A DNA stretch of 64,000 nucleotides from Chlamydiia bacterium. Its GTDB lineage: Bacteria; Chlamydiota; Chlamydiia; Chlamydiales; Rhabdochlamydiaceae. The notes beneath the pieces are model-generated. The model did not search any database and was not told the DNA's origin. It saw only the letters and a program-made list of their open reading frames with translations. The stretch spans positions 288,001 through 352,000 of the forward strand of contig CAWDOQ010000002.1 in assembly GCA_963804085.1 (NCBI GenBank), in the 5' to 3' direction. Positions within the stretch are counted from its first letter, which is position 1, and the number at the start of each line of letters is the position of its first letter. Positions 49,900 to 60,412 of this stretch are shown in pieces. Position numbers and translations under genes: made by a program.

Positions 49900-49974
49900 A
49901 CAGGACGGCAGGATCAGCAGGAAAAAATATCCGATTGTTCTTTCTTTCTCATCCTGTAAATCCTGTTATCCTGT
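49900..49974. repeat. Palindrome of CAGGA(T) / (A)TCCTG repeats
   Basis: Three CAGGA units facing three ATCCTG units between dnaE and the NHLP gene. Confidence 0.75.
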
Positions 49975-49995
49975 TTTAACTCTTTGTTTGCCAAA

Positions 49996-52900
49996 TTAAT
50001 GAGCAACGAGAACAGAGCAGGCTTTTAAGGCTCTTTCGAGGGCTTCGGAGGGCTCAACGCCCCATTCGGAGGCGATGTCAATGGAGGCGACTTTTTTTTC
50101 TTCGCTATAAAACTCTAGATTCACGGGAGCTGCTCCCGCATGCTTACGCAAGAGTTTTTTGAGCTCTACGATATGGCTAAAGCGCGCCTGGTCGGCATTG
50201 ATACGTAAAGTGAGTTGAGTTGGAGCCTCTTTTTTCATCTCTTTTCCTTTAGCAGCTTGAGAGCGTGCCTCGCGCGATTCTTGCATTTTAGTATGGAGCT
50301 TAGCGCGATCGTAGGCGTTATCGCAAGCTCTTTGCATTTCTGCATCTGCTTTTGTCAGATCGCCCAGCCAGCGGCACTGTAGCTTTATGTTCCCCTCATC
50401 CATCTCGACCTGAAGGACTGCAAAGATGAGCTGGTTTTCAGAAAGAAGCGCGTTCTTCTCCTCAAACATGTCAGGCCAAACGGGCAGCTCAAATCTCTCT
50501 TCGCCATCGCTAATTAAAAGAACGGCAAACTTTCTCTGGCTTTTGGAGGCGACCTTCACAGCACACGTCTCGATGATAAAAGCAGCTCTTAGGACACTGC
50601 CATCGTCCATCTCCGATATGCGAGAGAGGGGAATGCAAGAGAGCTCTTGCATCTGTCTTTTAAATTCATTCAAAGGGTGTCCGGTGAGGTAGAAGCCCAA
50701 AAGCTCATTTTCTCGTTTCAAAATGCTCTGCTTGGAAACAGGCGTCTTAATTTGAGGCGGCTGAAGAAAGCGTTTTTCTAGATCATCTTCGATGAGATCG
50801 AAGAAGTTCATTACCCCGCGCGCCTCTTCTTGCTGCTGCTTTGCAAGTGCGACATGAAGCGGATCGACACACTCTATAAGCGCTTGTCTCGACCATTTAG
50901 TAAAATCAAAGCAGCCCGCTTCAATCAAATGCTCGATCGTCTTCTTTCCCACTTTGCGCATGTCGACGCGTTTGAAAAAGTCGTAGAGCGATTTGAACGG
51001 CCCTTTTGCTTGTCTTTCCGAGAGGATCGCATCGACTACCCCCTCTCCCACGCCTTTGATCGCTGTCATCGCAAAGCGTATGCCTTGCGCTGTCGCCACA
51101 AACTCGGTTCCCGACTCGTTGACATCAGGCGGCAGGATTGCAATATTCATCTCTTGGCATTCGTGGATAATCTTAGAAATTTTAGAGATGTCATCGCGAT
51201 CAGATGTCATTAAAGCTGCCATCCATTCGCCGGGATAATTTGCTTTTAGATAGGCTGTGACATAGGTCAAAAAGCCGTAAGCTGCGGCATGCGATTTATT
51301 AAATCCGTAGGAGGCAAACTTTTCGATCTTGTCAAAAACCAGCATCGCCGTATGCTCGTCGATCCCTTTCTTGAGCGCTCCTGTTCGGAACTTCTCCCTC
51401 TGGCGCGCCATCTCCTCTCTATCTTTTTTGCCCATCGCTCTTCGGAGCACATCGCCCTCTCCCAAACTGTAGTTTGCAAGAAGGCTCGCGATCTGCATCA
51501 CCTGCTCTTGGTAGACCATGATCCCATAGGTCTCTTCCAAGACATCTTTCATAAGAGGGTGTTCGATCTCGATCGGCTCTTTGCCATGTTTTCTTGCGAC
51601 AAAAGAGGGGATCATCTCCATCGGACCCGGACGGTAGAGCGCACCTACCGCGATGATCTCTTCAAACTTATCGACATGCAGCTGCTTGACAAGTTCCTGC
51701 ATCCCGCCCGATTCTACCTGGAATATCCCGAGTGTTTTACCCTGGTTGAGAAGATTAAATGTCGCTTTGTCATCGAGAGGTAAGTTGACCCAATCGACCT
51801 CTTTTCCTCTATGTGCTTTGATAGCTTCTACTGTTCTTTGAATCGAAGTGAGAGTCTTAAGCCCCAGAAAGTCGATCTTCAGCATCCCGACAGACTCGAC
51901 CGGCTTCATCGAGAACTGGGTCGCCATGATCTCGGTGTCTTTGGCCGTGCAGACGGGGATCCTGTCCATGATCGGATCGGCCGAGATGATCAGACCCGCC
52001 GCATGGATACCGGTGTTGCGCACCGAGCCCTCTAAAATTTTGGCGATATCGATCAGCTGGCGCACCTCCTCGTCCACCTCATACTGGCGCTTAAATTCCG
52101 GGTCGAGCTCAAGTGCTTTTTCGATCGTCATGGTGGGATCTTCCGGCACAAGCTTTGCAATTGCGTTGACTTTCGATAGAGGCACGCTGAGCACACGGCC
52201 CACATCTTTAATCGCCATCTTTGCCTTCATCGTGCCAAAGGTGATGATCTGCGCTACCTTCTCTTTGCCATACTTTTGCACCGTGTAGTCGATCACCTCT
52301 GATCTGCGCTCCATGCAGATATCAACGTCGATATCGGGATAGGAGATCCTCTCCGGGTTGATGAAGCGCTCGAAGAAGAGATTAAAGCGTAAAGGCTCGA
52401 TGTCTGTGATGCCGATTAGATAGAGAATGATCGAGCCGGCTCCTGATCCCCTGCCGGGGCCCATCGGTATTCCCTGCCTTTTTGCCCACGCGATAAAGTC
52501 GTAGACGATAAGCAGATAATCTCCCATCCCTTTAGACAGAATCAGATCTAGCTCGCCTTTGAGCCGCGTCTTAACGACTTCCAAAGGATCTTTCGTCGGA
52601 TACTTCTCCTGCACTTTTTTAAGCTGCTCTGTACCGTAGCGCTTTTTGATCCCCTCAAAACAGAGATCGCGCAAAAACTTCTCCGCCTCGCGTATCCTCT
52701 CCTCGCTAGAAAAGGTGCGTCCCTCCAAAGAGGGCGGAATAAAGACCGGATAGTATTTAGATTTAAAATCGAGCTCGAATGTGCACCGGTTTGCGATCTC
52801 TTGCGCAAGATCCACCGCCTCCGGAAAATCTGAAAAAAGAGCGCGCATCTCTTCCGGAGATTTAAAATGGAGTGCGTGTGAAGGGCTCGTACGCCGTTTA

Positions 52901-53712
52901 GGATTTAAGATCTTTCTTTTCGGATTGCCCTGAGAATCTCTCTCCCATATCTCGCATGGCTCGCCCGACTGGATGTTCATCAAGATCTCGTGCGCCTTCC
53001 AATCCCCGCGTTCGATGTAGTGCGAGCCATGCGTCGCCACACAGCCGACTCCCAACTTTTTAGAAAGAGACTTGTAAAGTGCGATCAACTTCTCTTGCTG
53101 CTTGATATGCTCTTGGTAGCTCTCTTGGACCCAAGTCTCTTGATCCATCTTATCAGCTATAACATCCTCTGGAAGCATCAGATGGCGCTGCACTTCGAGA
53201 AAAAAATCCCCTTTGAACACACTCTGAAACCATTGGATCTCGGAGAGTAGCTCCTCCTCTTTTCCGGAGGTGGCAAACCTTCCTAAAAAACCTTCGACCG
53301 GCCCTGACAGACAGATCAGCCCCTCGCTATATTTTGCGAGAAGATCCTTGTCGATACGCGGTGTGTAGTAAAACCCTTCTAAGTGAGCAAGAGAGGAGAG
53401 CTTGCAGAGATTCTTATACCCGGTTGCATCTTTGGCTAAGAGAAGAAGAGAGTAGCCGGGTGCAAGACCGGGAGTCCGTTTTTTTTCGAAGCGCGATGTT
53501 GGTGCGCAGAATAGCTCGCACCCCAAGATGGGCCGAATGCCCGCCGCTTTACACGCCTTAAAGAATTCGACGGCGCCATACATGTTGCCCTGATCGGTCA
53601 GGGCAAGAGCCGGAAGGCCCAAAGAGACAGCTTTTTTTACGAGAGCTTCAATTGAACAGGTAGCATCTAAGATCGAGTACTGAGAGTGGACATGCAGGGG
53701 AACCCAAGCCAT
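49996..53712 (-). CDS. dnaE: DNA polymerase III subunit alpha
   Basis: HVHSQYS PHP domain; GPGRGSGAGS; PDIDVD; YGFNKSHA. Confidence 0.98.
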   Translation of the reverse strand: MAWVPLHVHSQYSILDATCSIEALVKKAVSLGLPALALTDQGNMYGAVEFFKACKAAGIRPILGCELFCAPTSRFEKKRTPGLAPGYSLLLLAKDATGYKNLCKLSSLAHLEGFYYTPRIDKDLLAKYSEGLICLSGPVEGFLGRFATSGKEEELLSEIQWFQSVFKGDFFLEVQRHLMLPEDVIADKMDQETWVQESYQEHIKQQEKLIALYKSLSKKLGVGCVATHGSHYIERGDWKAHEILMNIQSGEPCEIWERDSQGNPKRKILNPKRRTSPSHALHFKSPEEMRALFSDFPEAVDLAQEIANRCTFELDFKSKYYPVFIPPSLEGRTFSSEERIREAEKFLRDLCFEGIKKRYGTEQLKKVQEKYPTKDPLEVVKTRLKGELDLILSKGMGDYLLIVYDFIAWAKRQGIPMGPGRGSGAGSIILYLIGITDIEPLRFNLFFERFINPERISYPDIDVDICMERRSEVIDYTVQKYGKEKVAQIITFGTMKAKMAIKDVGRVLSVPLSKVNAIAKLVPEDPTMTIEKALELDPEFKRQYEVDEEVRQLIDIAKILEGSVRNTGIHAAGLIISADPIMDRIPVCTAKDTEIMATQFSMKPVESVGMLKIDFLGLKTLTSIQRTVEAIKAHRGKEVDWVNLPLDDKATFNLLNQGKTLGIFQVESGGMQELVKQLHVDKFEEIIAVGALYRPGPMEMIPSFVARKHGKEPIEIEHPLMKDVLEETYGIMVYQEQVMQIASLLANYSLGEGDVLRRAMGKKDREEMARQREKFRTGALKKGIDEHTAMLVFDKIEKFASYGFNKSHAAAYGFLTYVTAYLKANYPGEWMAALMTSDRDDISKISKIIHECQEMNIAILPPDVNESGTEFVATAQGIRFAMTAIKGVGEGVVDAILSERQAKGPFKSLYDFFKRVDMRKVGKKTIEHLIEAGCFDFTKWSRQALIECVDPLHVALAKQQQEEARGVMNFFDLIEDDLEKRFLQPPQIKTPVSKQSILKRENELLGFYLTGHPLNEFKRQMQELSCIPLSRISEMDDGSVLRAAFIIETCAVKVASKSQRKFAVLLISDGEERFELPVWPDMFEEKNALLSENQLIFAVLQVEMDEGNIKLQCRWLGDLTKADAEMQRACDNAYDRAKLHTKMQESREARSQAAKGKEMKKEAPTQLTLRINADQARFSHIVELKKLLRKHAGAAPVNLEFYSEEKKVASIDIASEWGVEPSEALERALKACSVLVAH

Positions 53713-53717
53713 GTTTT

Positions 53718-55095
53718 TTACCCTCCTGTAGGAGCCGGCGCGGTGTCAACCTTTGCAGGCTCTTCTTCCTCCATGTAGCGCGGATTGCTCTTGATCGACC
53801 AGAGGGGGATCAGCAGAAGAACACTCGCCGCACCGCACACCCCAAGCGTGACAAAGAAGCCATACCAGCCCCACTCCTGCGCCATCTTCCCGAGCGGGTA
53901 GCCGGCAGTAGCAGCTCCAAGGTATGCAATCCAACCCACAAATCCCGTTGCAGTGCCAGCCGCCTTTTTATGTGAAAGCTCTGCTGCTGCCATGCCGATG
54001 AGCATCTGGGGCCCAAAGATCAAAAAGCCGATCGCAAACATCACGACAAAACCTATTAAAGCCGAGCCGGCAGGTGCCAGCCAGAGAGCGGAAAGAGCAA
54101 AGATCACCGCCAAACTAAAGATCACATTGATCGGGCCGCGCTTACCGGAAAAGATCTTATCCGATGCCCAACCGGCGGCTAAGCTTCCAAAGATCCCCCC
54201 GATTTCAAACCAGAAGACACAAGCCCCTGCAGTTAAAAGCGAAAAGCCCTTTGTTTCCACAAGATACAGCACGCTCCAGTCGTTAATCGCCGTGCGGATG
54301 ATATAAACAAAAAAGTAGGCGACAGCCAGCTGCCATATGTAGCGATTCTTTAAAACAAACTTAAAGAGGATCTCCTTCATAGAGACCTCTTTCTCCTGCT
54401 CCTTGTTTGCAGTCGGATAGTCATTCTTATATTTTTCAATGGGCGGAAGAGCAAGCGACTGCGGCGTGTCGCGCAGACAGAACATCACAAAAAAACCGAT
54501 TAAAATACAAAGAGCGCCCGGAACATAGAGTGCAAAGCGCCATCCCCAAGATCTGCGCACAAAAAGCTGCGATAAGAGGGATTAAAGCACCACCCACACT
54601 ATGCGACGTGTTCCAAAAACCCCACCAAGTCCCGCGCTCCTTTTGCGAGTACCAGTGCGTGAGAAGACGCGCGCAAGGAGGCCACCCCCATCCTTGAAAC
54701 CAGCCGTTTACCCCCCAAAAGAGAGCAAAAAATCCCAGCGAGGAGGAGAGCCCAAAACAGATATTAAACACACCTGTGAGCATCAATCCAATCCCCATAA
54801 AAAAGCGTGGGTTGGCCCGATCTGAAAGAATCCCGCTCAAAAACTTGCTGCCGCCGTAAGTGATAGAAAGAATGCTCCCCAAAATCCCCAAGTCAGACTT
54901 TGAGAACCCCAAGTCCAACATAAGAGCCGGCATCGCAAACGTAAAACTTTTACGCGTAAAATAGTAGAAGATATAGCCCACATACATCCCGACAAAAACA
55001 CGCAGACGCCAATACTTGTAGCGCTGTTTGACTTGCGCTGCATCGGTCATCTCAGGTTTGTAGGGAGCTGGCTTAAACCAGTCAAATAGCTTCAC
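53718..55095 (-). CDS. uhpC: Hexose-phosphate MFS transporter UhpC with one apparent frameshift near 54549
   Basis: YYFTRKSF; WNTSHSVGG; FGPQMLIGMAAAE; frames join as CAQI-WGWR. Confidence 0.9.
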
Positions 55096-55216
55096 AATTA
55101 TTTATTACCTTACTTAAGAAAAAAAGAGCAAAGTTAAAACGAAATTGGCCCAATGTCAACCTCTTTTTCCTTCAAGTTTTTTGGGCCATATGGTTAATTG
55201 TTTTTTTAGAGCGCCT

Positions 55217-55831
55217 ATGCCTGAAAGAATAGAACCAGACAAAAATAAAGAGTGGATGACCCCACCCTCCCAATCGATCCAAAAGGATAAAAAAGGGAAG
55301 GAAAAGTCGCGTAAACTCACTCCGGAAGCATCTAAATTCATACTCTTTGCCACATTAGCCATCTATTGCAAAAAATTCTTAGCAGTTTTTACAGACAGAA
55401 GACGTACCGCGCTCGTCGACCTCCAACAAATCCTACAAGACCTCTACGCCTTCAAAAAAACGCTTCACAATCTTGGACAAGAAGACCAGAGCCATAATCC
55501 AAAATTCACTTTACAGTTATCAGAATTATGGCACCACCTACTTGAAGACCAGTCCCTCATACAAGCCTTAGAAGAAGAGCAGCCCCAAATCACACCCAAG
55601 ATCAACGCCCTCATCGAAGCGATGAACAACTACCCGCCCAATGAAGAGCACAACTTAGGCTTCTACCTCACCCAATACGTCGGCGCCAAATGGCTCCCCT
55701 TTCCCTTCATGGATCTGCTTCAAAAACTCCACCTCGAATACCAAGAGAGCCCCGCCACCTCGATTCTCAGCAACTGGCTCGCCCTTCTAGACAGCGCGAT
55801 CAGCGCCATCTCGTCTAAACCTTCACAATAG
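55217..55831 (+). CDS. Hypothetical protein
   Basis: Open frame of ~204 aa from MPERIEPD. Confidence 0.65.
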   Translation: MPERIEPDKNKEWMTPPSQSIQKDKKGKEKSRKLTPEASKFILFATLAIYCKKFLAVFTDRRRTALVDLQQILQDLYAFKKTLHNLGQEDQSHNPKFTLQLSELWHHLLEDQSLIQALEEEQPQITPKINALIEAMNNYPPNEEHNLGFYLTQYVGAKWLPFPFMDLLQKLHLEYQESPATSILSNWLALLDSAISAISSKPSQ

Positions 55832-55868
55832 ACAAAAAAACCTTCCACGGCCTAACATTCTTTGCCTA

Positions 55869-56234
55869 ATGGCAGCCGTAATCAGCTTTTCTATACCTTC
55901 GCAACTACCTACCCACTGTGTTGCCATTTGTTCAGATGATACATTCATTGTAGATTTTGCAATAGAACACGAAGCAGAAGGCAGAAAAGAACATATTGTC
56001 ATAGACGTCTACAATCTTCCCTCTGAAGAGCGCAGCGAATTTGTCTCTCTATTCAATCGTGCCCTATTCCATGCCAGCCAAAGAGATGAAGAAGAACGCG
56101 CTGCCATCGAAAGACAAATTACAGCCATTCCTGCAGAGATGCAGATCGAAGCCTCCTGCCCTGTCTGCACTATAGCCTTTATGGTCTGCGTTGTTGCAGC
56201 AATGATCTTTTTAATCATTCGCACTGCCACTTAA
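55869..56234 (+). CDS. Hypothetical tail-anchored protein
   Basis: 121 aa with CPVC followed by a C-terminal TM. Confidence 0.6.
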   Translation: MAAVISFSIPSQLPTHCVAICSDDTFIVDFAIEHEAEGRKEHIVIDVYNLPSEERSEFVSLFNRALFHASQRDEEERAAIERQITAIPAEMQIEASCPVCTIAFMVCVVAAMIFLIIRTAT

Positions 56235-56305
56235 AAACCCTCCCCTTGCCTGAAAAGCTTCCAATTGTTAACTTTCGGACAAATTAAAGACCTGTTGAGG
56301 CAATT

Positions 56306-57445
56306 TTGCAATTTAGATTCTTAAATATCCCAGTTAAAGTCGAACCCACCTTCTGGCTCTTTTTAATATTTTTTTCGAATATCTATCGCAACCCGTCCTT
56401 GGAAAGCGTCATTTTATGCGCCATCATGTTCTTTAGCCTCCTCATACACGAATATGGCCACGCCCTCACCGCACTCTTCTTTGGTGCAAGCCCCTGGATC
56501 ACACTCGAAGCACTTGGCGGTAGAGCCGAATATAACGGCTACGGCATGACACCCAAGCAGCAATTCCTCATCACCCTCAACGGCCCACTTTTGCAGACCC
56601 TATTAATTTTCATCCCCTACGCGCTACTTAAATCAGGCAACTTCGAAAACCACTACTACATCCACTACCTCCTGAGTGCGACAATGCAGCTCAACATAGT
56701 CTGGTGCCTACTCAACCTCCTCCCCATAATTCCTCTAGACGGAGGACGCCTCCTACACTATATCCTTGCAGGCAAGTTTGGAGAAAAAGGCGCTCGCGCC
56801 AGCATCCTCATCGGACTCCTCTTCGCCACCATTGCAACCCCCTACCTCTTTTTCCACGGCTACACCTTTTTTGCAGTCCTGATAGCCATGATGGGACTAC
56901 AAAATTTACAGATACTGCAACAAATCAAAAACCCCTCTAGCACCTCCACCCCCTTCGCAAACTACCAAAACGCCCTCAAAGCAATAGATAACAACGAGCT
57001 AGAAAAAGCAAAAACACTCCTCAAAAAACTCCTCAAAACCAAAGACAGCAAAGTCAAACACCTCTCCACAGAAGCCCTCGCCAAACTCCACTACCAGCAA
57101 AATGAAAAAGAACAAGCCTACGACCTGCTAGTAAAAACAGACCCCGAACAGATCCGAGAAGCCAAACCCCTTCTCTGCAAACTCGCTTACGAAAAACAAA
57201 ACTACCCTCTCATCGCCCAGCACGCCCGCGACATCTACCAGATCGAACCCACCTACGAGATCGCCCTACTCAATTCAAAAACCTTCGCCCACCTCAACCA
57301 ACCCAACCCCTCCGGTGGCTGGCTACTTACAGCATCACAATTCGGCCCCGACCAGCGCCAAGACGCCCTGCATCAGCTCACCCAGCACCCCTACCTCGCC
57401 CTCAAAGACCACCCTCTCTTCCAAACCCACACCACCCAAATCTGA
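56306..57445 (+). CDS. Site-2 protease (M50) with C-terminal TPR region
   Basis: HEYGH; NLLPIIPLDGG. Confidence 0.9.
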   Translation: MQFRFLNIPVKVEPTFWLFLIFFSNIYRNPSLESVILCAIMFFSLLIHEYGHALTALFFGASPWITLEALGGRAEYNGYGMTPKQQFLITLNGPLLQTLLIFIPYALLKSGNFENHYYIHYLLSATMQLNIVWCLLNLLPIIPLDGGRLLHYILAGKFGEKGARASILIGLLFATIATPYLFFHGYTFFAVLIAMMGLQNLQILQQIKNPSSTSTPFANYQNALKAIDNNELEKAKTLLKKLLKTKDSKVKHLSTEALAKLHYQQNEKEQAYDLLVKTDPEQIREAKPLLCKLAYEKQNYPLIAQHARDIYQIEPTYEIALLNSKTFAHLNQPNPSGGWLLTASQFGPDQRQDALHQLTQHPYLALKDHPLFQTHTTQI

Positions 57446-57512
57446 CCCATCCCCAATTGCATTTTAATTCCCGCTTTTCTAAACTCTCCCCTTCAAAATC
57501 GAAAGGATCTCC

Positions 57513-57896
57513 ATGAAAAAACAACCCCTGTGCATTCTCGCCCTCCTGCTGCTATCAGCCTGCGGAACCAACTACCATGAAAAAGACATGTTCGGCAACG
57601 GCTTCTCCGAGATCAACACAGGCGAAGACTCCTTCATCGTCAACTTCCAAGGCAACACCTACTCAGATAATGACAAAATCATGCAGTACGCCCTCAAACG
57701 CGCCTCAGAACTCACACTCGCAAAGGGCTACAAATACTTCACCATCATCTCCGAAAACAACCTCTCCAAAGTAAAAATCGCGAACAGCACCATCTCCACC
57801 CGCCCCGGCATCAGCGTCCAAATCAAGTGCTACAAAGAAAAATCAAGCGAACCCAACCAGATCGACGCTGCCTACTACCTCGCCCACAACCGCTAG
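57513..57896 (+). CDS. Small lipoprotein
   Basis: Lipobox LSAC; FQGN...YALKRASELT...GYKYF. Confidence 0.8.
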   Translation: MKKQPLCILALLLLSACGTNYHEKDMFGNGFSEINTGEDSFIVNFQGNTYSDNDKIMQYALKRASELTLAKGYKYFTIISENNLSKVKIANSTISTRPGISVQIKCYKEKSSEPNQIDAAYYLAHNR

Positions 57897-58770
57897 CTGC
57901 TGAAAGCGATACCAACTAGCTTGGTATTTAAGCTTAGCCAATCGTTAATCACAGCTATAACTTGAGCAACAAGTTTTGGAAGACTTTCAGCATTCTCTGC
58001 ACGCAAATTTTTTAAATATTCGTTCCAAAAATTTTGCATTTGCTCCATTTCATCTTCGGCATACGTAATCGGTAAAGTAAGCGGGGTCTCTCGATGCTCA
58101 AATACCAATCGTATAATCCCTTCTAAATTATGAAATGATGGCAAACGTGAAGAGGATATCAAGGAATAAAGATCGTGAAAGTCTTTCATGCGGCTATTGA
58201 ATGATCCTCGATAGATAATTGTCTCTAACTTTTCAGCAAAAATAAATTCTTTTGGATAGCAAGATAGCTTGACATTGCTTTCAAAAAGGACACCTTTAGA
58301 ATATGCCGTAAGCGGAATCGAATATTCAACAGCATCGACAATGTCTCCAAAGCCAATATCAACAGCTACTTTAAATCTGGTTTTTCCAAAATAGGCCATC
58401 ATTGACACTTCAGCTCCTGGATATCCCATATGAGGATGTTTAAGTTCGCTTACCTTAATCTCTTGAAAGACAAACCCATCCGTGAGGTCAATGTTTACAA
58501 TTTCCTCAAAAACACTCTTAATCCGGCAATTTCATTACTGAATCTTCGTACGAGAAAATCTAAATCAGTTGTTTCTCTTCCAATTTCGATATATTTAGAG
58601 AGAAGAATACCTCCTTTCAAGACGAAATGCTCTCGATGTTTCGAATTAGCCAAACGCACTAAAAAGCGCTCAAGTGTGAGGCTTTGCCAAAGATCAGCGG
58701 GATCTCGATTTTTTTCTTTTGCGATGGCTCGCAGTTTTGCTTTGAATGATTTTTCTAAATCTGATGTCAC
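57893..58770 (-). pseudogene. AbiEii nucleotidyltransferase toxin (type IV TA), frameshift near 58519
   Basis: FVLKGG...RETTDLDF; VDIGFGD; AEKLE; NSRMKDFHDL; frames join as GL(K)SVFEEIVNID. Confidence 0.85.
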
Positions 58771-59360
58771 GTCGTATACGATAAGATGTATGGGGTTATG
58801 TTAACACGCAACGCTTTTGCATATGCGCCTAATTTCTTGGGATCTGGCTTCCATTCAGTGCTCTGAAAATATCTCTGAATTGCTTTTATCGCAATTTCTT
58901 TGCTGAGATAGCGAAATGCATCAACAACGCAACGTTCTCTATCAAAAATATGGACGTTATATTCACCAAGCGCAATTTCGATTTTCCCCAGCTTAACATT
59001 GCGCATTCTGATGATTCTTGTGTTGGGTCGTTTAGGAGGATAGGATGCGTGCGGTACAGCAATCCAGACCTCTCGCATAACTTGATCCGTCAGGTCGTAG
59101 TAACACAGTGCAGAAATTAAACAAATGACCCCATTGGGAATACTGGCTGCGACTAATGCCAAGTTTTCCCACTGAAACTCAACTTCTGGTTCATATTGAG
59201 AGAAACGATAAGCGCCAGGATAAATCCTTTCTAAGGTGCCCCTTTTTACTAAATAAGCTAGGGCATGCCTAGGGACACCCTGTTTTTCTGCCTGTGCTGA
59301 GGTAAAAAGAGGGACATTGATAAACGGCTCTAATTTTCCCAGGTACTTTAATTGTCTCAT
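58767..59360 (-). CDS. AbiEi antitoxin (type IV TA)
   Basis: LERIYPGAY; GVICLISALCYYDLTDQ; ERCVVDAFRY; ATGA coupling to the toxin. Confidence 0.88.
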   Translation of the reverse strand: MRQLKYLGKLEPFINVPLFTSAQAEKQGVPRHALAYLVKRGTLERIYPGAYRFSQYEPEVEFQWENLALVAASIPNGVICLISALCYYDLTDQVMREVWIAVPHASYPPKRPNTRIIRMRNVKLGKIEIALGEYNVHIFDRERCVVDAFRYLSKEIAIKAIQRYFQSTEWKPDPKKLGAYAKALRVNITPYILSYTT

Positions 59361-59378
59361 TCCATGATTCTACAAAAC

Positions 59379-59403
59379 CTACCCAATTAAGTCCATTGGG
59401 TAG
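59379..59403. promoter_or_regulatory. Inverted-repeat operator candidate for AbiEi
   Basis: CTACCCAAT-N7-ATTGGGTAG just upstream of abiEi. Confidence 0.6.
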
Positions 59404-59498
59404 ATTTAGAAGAATTCACGCAAAAAGCCCAACCCAATAAATTTTATCTTTAACTATTTGAAATTGAATGGCTTATAGAGTTATCTACCGCTAGATGT

Positions 59499-59852
59499 TT
59501 AACGCTTAATCTGAAACTCTTCGACAATCTTGCCGCCAATCAAATGCTGCTGCAAAATCTTTTCCAAGACCTCTGGCGTACAAGAATGGTACCAGACACC
59601 CTCAGGATAGACGACCGCGATAGGACCCATCGCGCAGACGCGCAAGCAGTTGGCCTTCGTCCGCCAAAGATGCACTCGCCCCTCCAAGTTAACCTCTTCA
59701 ATGCGCCGCTTCAAGTAATCCCAAGCAGCCAGCCCCGCCTCCTTCTGGCAGCACTTAGGCATACTCTGATCGCAGCAAAGAAAAATGTGCCGCCCCGGCT
59801 GTCCCAGCTTTAATTTCGCCGCCGCCTGAGCTAATCTTTCAAAATCATCCAT
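59499..59852 (-). CDS. Thioredoxin-like [2Fe-2S] ferredoxin
   Basis: HIFLCC...[24 protein letters not shown]. Confidence 0.92.
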   Translation of the reverse strand: MDDFERLAQAAAKLKLGQPGRHIFLCCDQSMPKCCQKEAGLAAWDYLKRRIEEVNLEGRVHLWRTKANCLRVCAMGPIAVVYPEGVWYHSCTPEVLEKILQQHLIGGKIVEEFQIKR

Positions 59853-59968
59853 AAATTATGTGCAGATTCTAAAGCTGCCCCATCAAAAAGTAAACCGAAA
59901 CAACATCGACACTGCTCAAGAACAAATTGACAAAATTTTTCACTTACACTTAAAATTTTCCTTTCCAA

Positions 59969-60412
59969 ATGGGGGAGATTGTAATGACTACGGCATTAGG
60001 GTTAAATGCACGCATCGAAGATAGCCTAGCGAGCGGGTGGACACTGATTGATGTTCAAGTCAGAGACGATGATGAACTAGATTTAACAATTATCCAACTT
60101 GTCGACAAATTGACTCACACCGTCAATGCACAAGCAAAAATCATTAATCATTTATCAAAAGGAGTCGACAAACTGGGATCTCACACCCGGGGAAATATAC
60201 TTGCCGTTGAAAATGATGTACGAGAAGAGCTCGAAAATGCCCGGGAAGAACAACAAAATTCCATACAAGATCTTCAAGGCAGAGTGCAACAAATTGAGCA
60301 TGCAGTAGGGGGAAACACCGGAAATTCTGATTCCCCACTAGGCCTTGTACTGATGTTACCTATTTGTTACGTAGCCAACAAAGTGTGCAGTGCAATAAGT
60401 TATTTCATATGA
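59969..60412 (+). CDS. Coiled-coil protein with C-terminal hydrophobic tail
   Basis: Heptad-rich; TTGACA-N18-TAAAAT upstream; ATGA-coupled to the next gene. Confidence 0.65.
   Translation: MGEIVMTTALGLNARIEDSLASGWTLIDVQVRDDDELDLTIIQLVDKLTHTVNAQAKIINHLSKGVDKLGSHTRGNILAVENDVREELENAREEQQNSIQDLQGRVQQIEHAVGGNTGNSDSPLGLVLMLPICYVANKVCSAISYFI

Noticed and set aside
57513-57896. DGR template repeat (AAC-rich stretch)
   Set aside because: It is a lipoprotein CDS with C/A-biased codons and no similarity to the flanks of 43870-43950.
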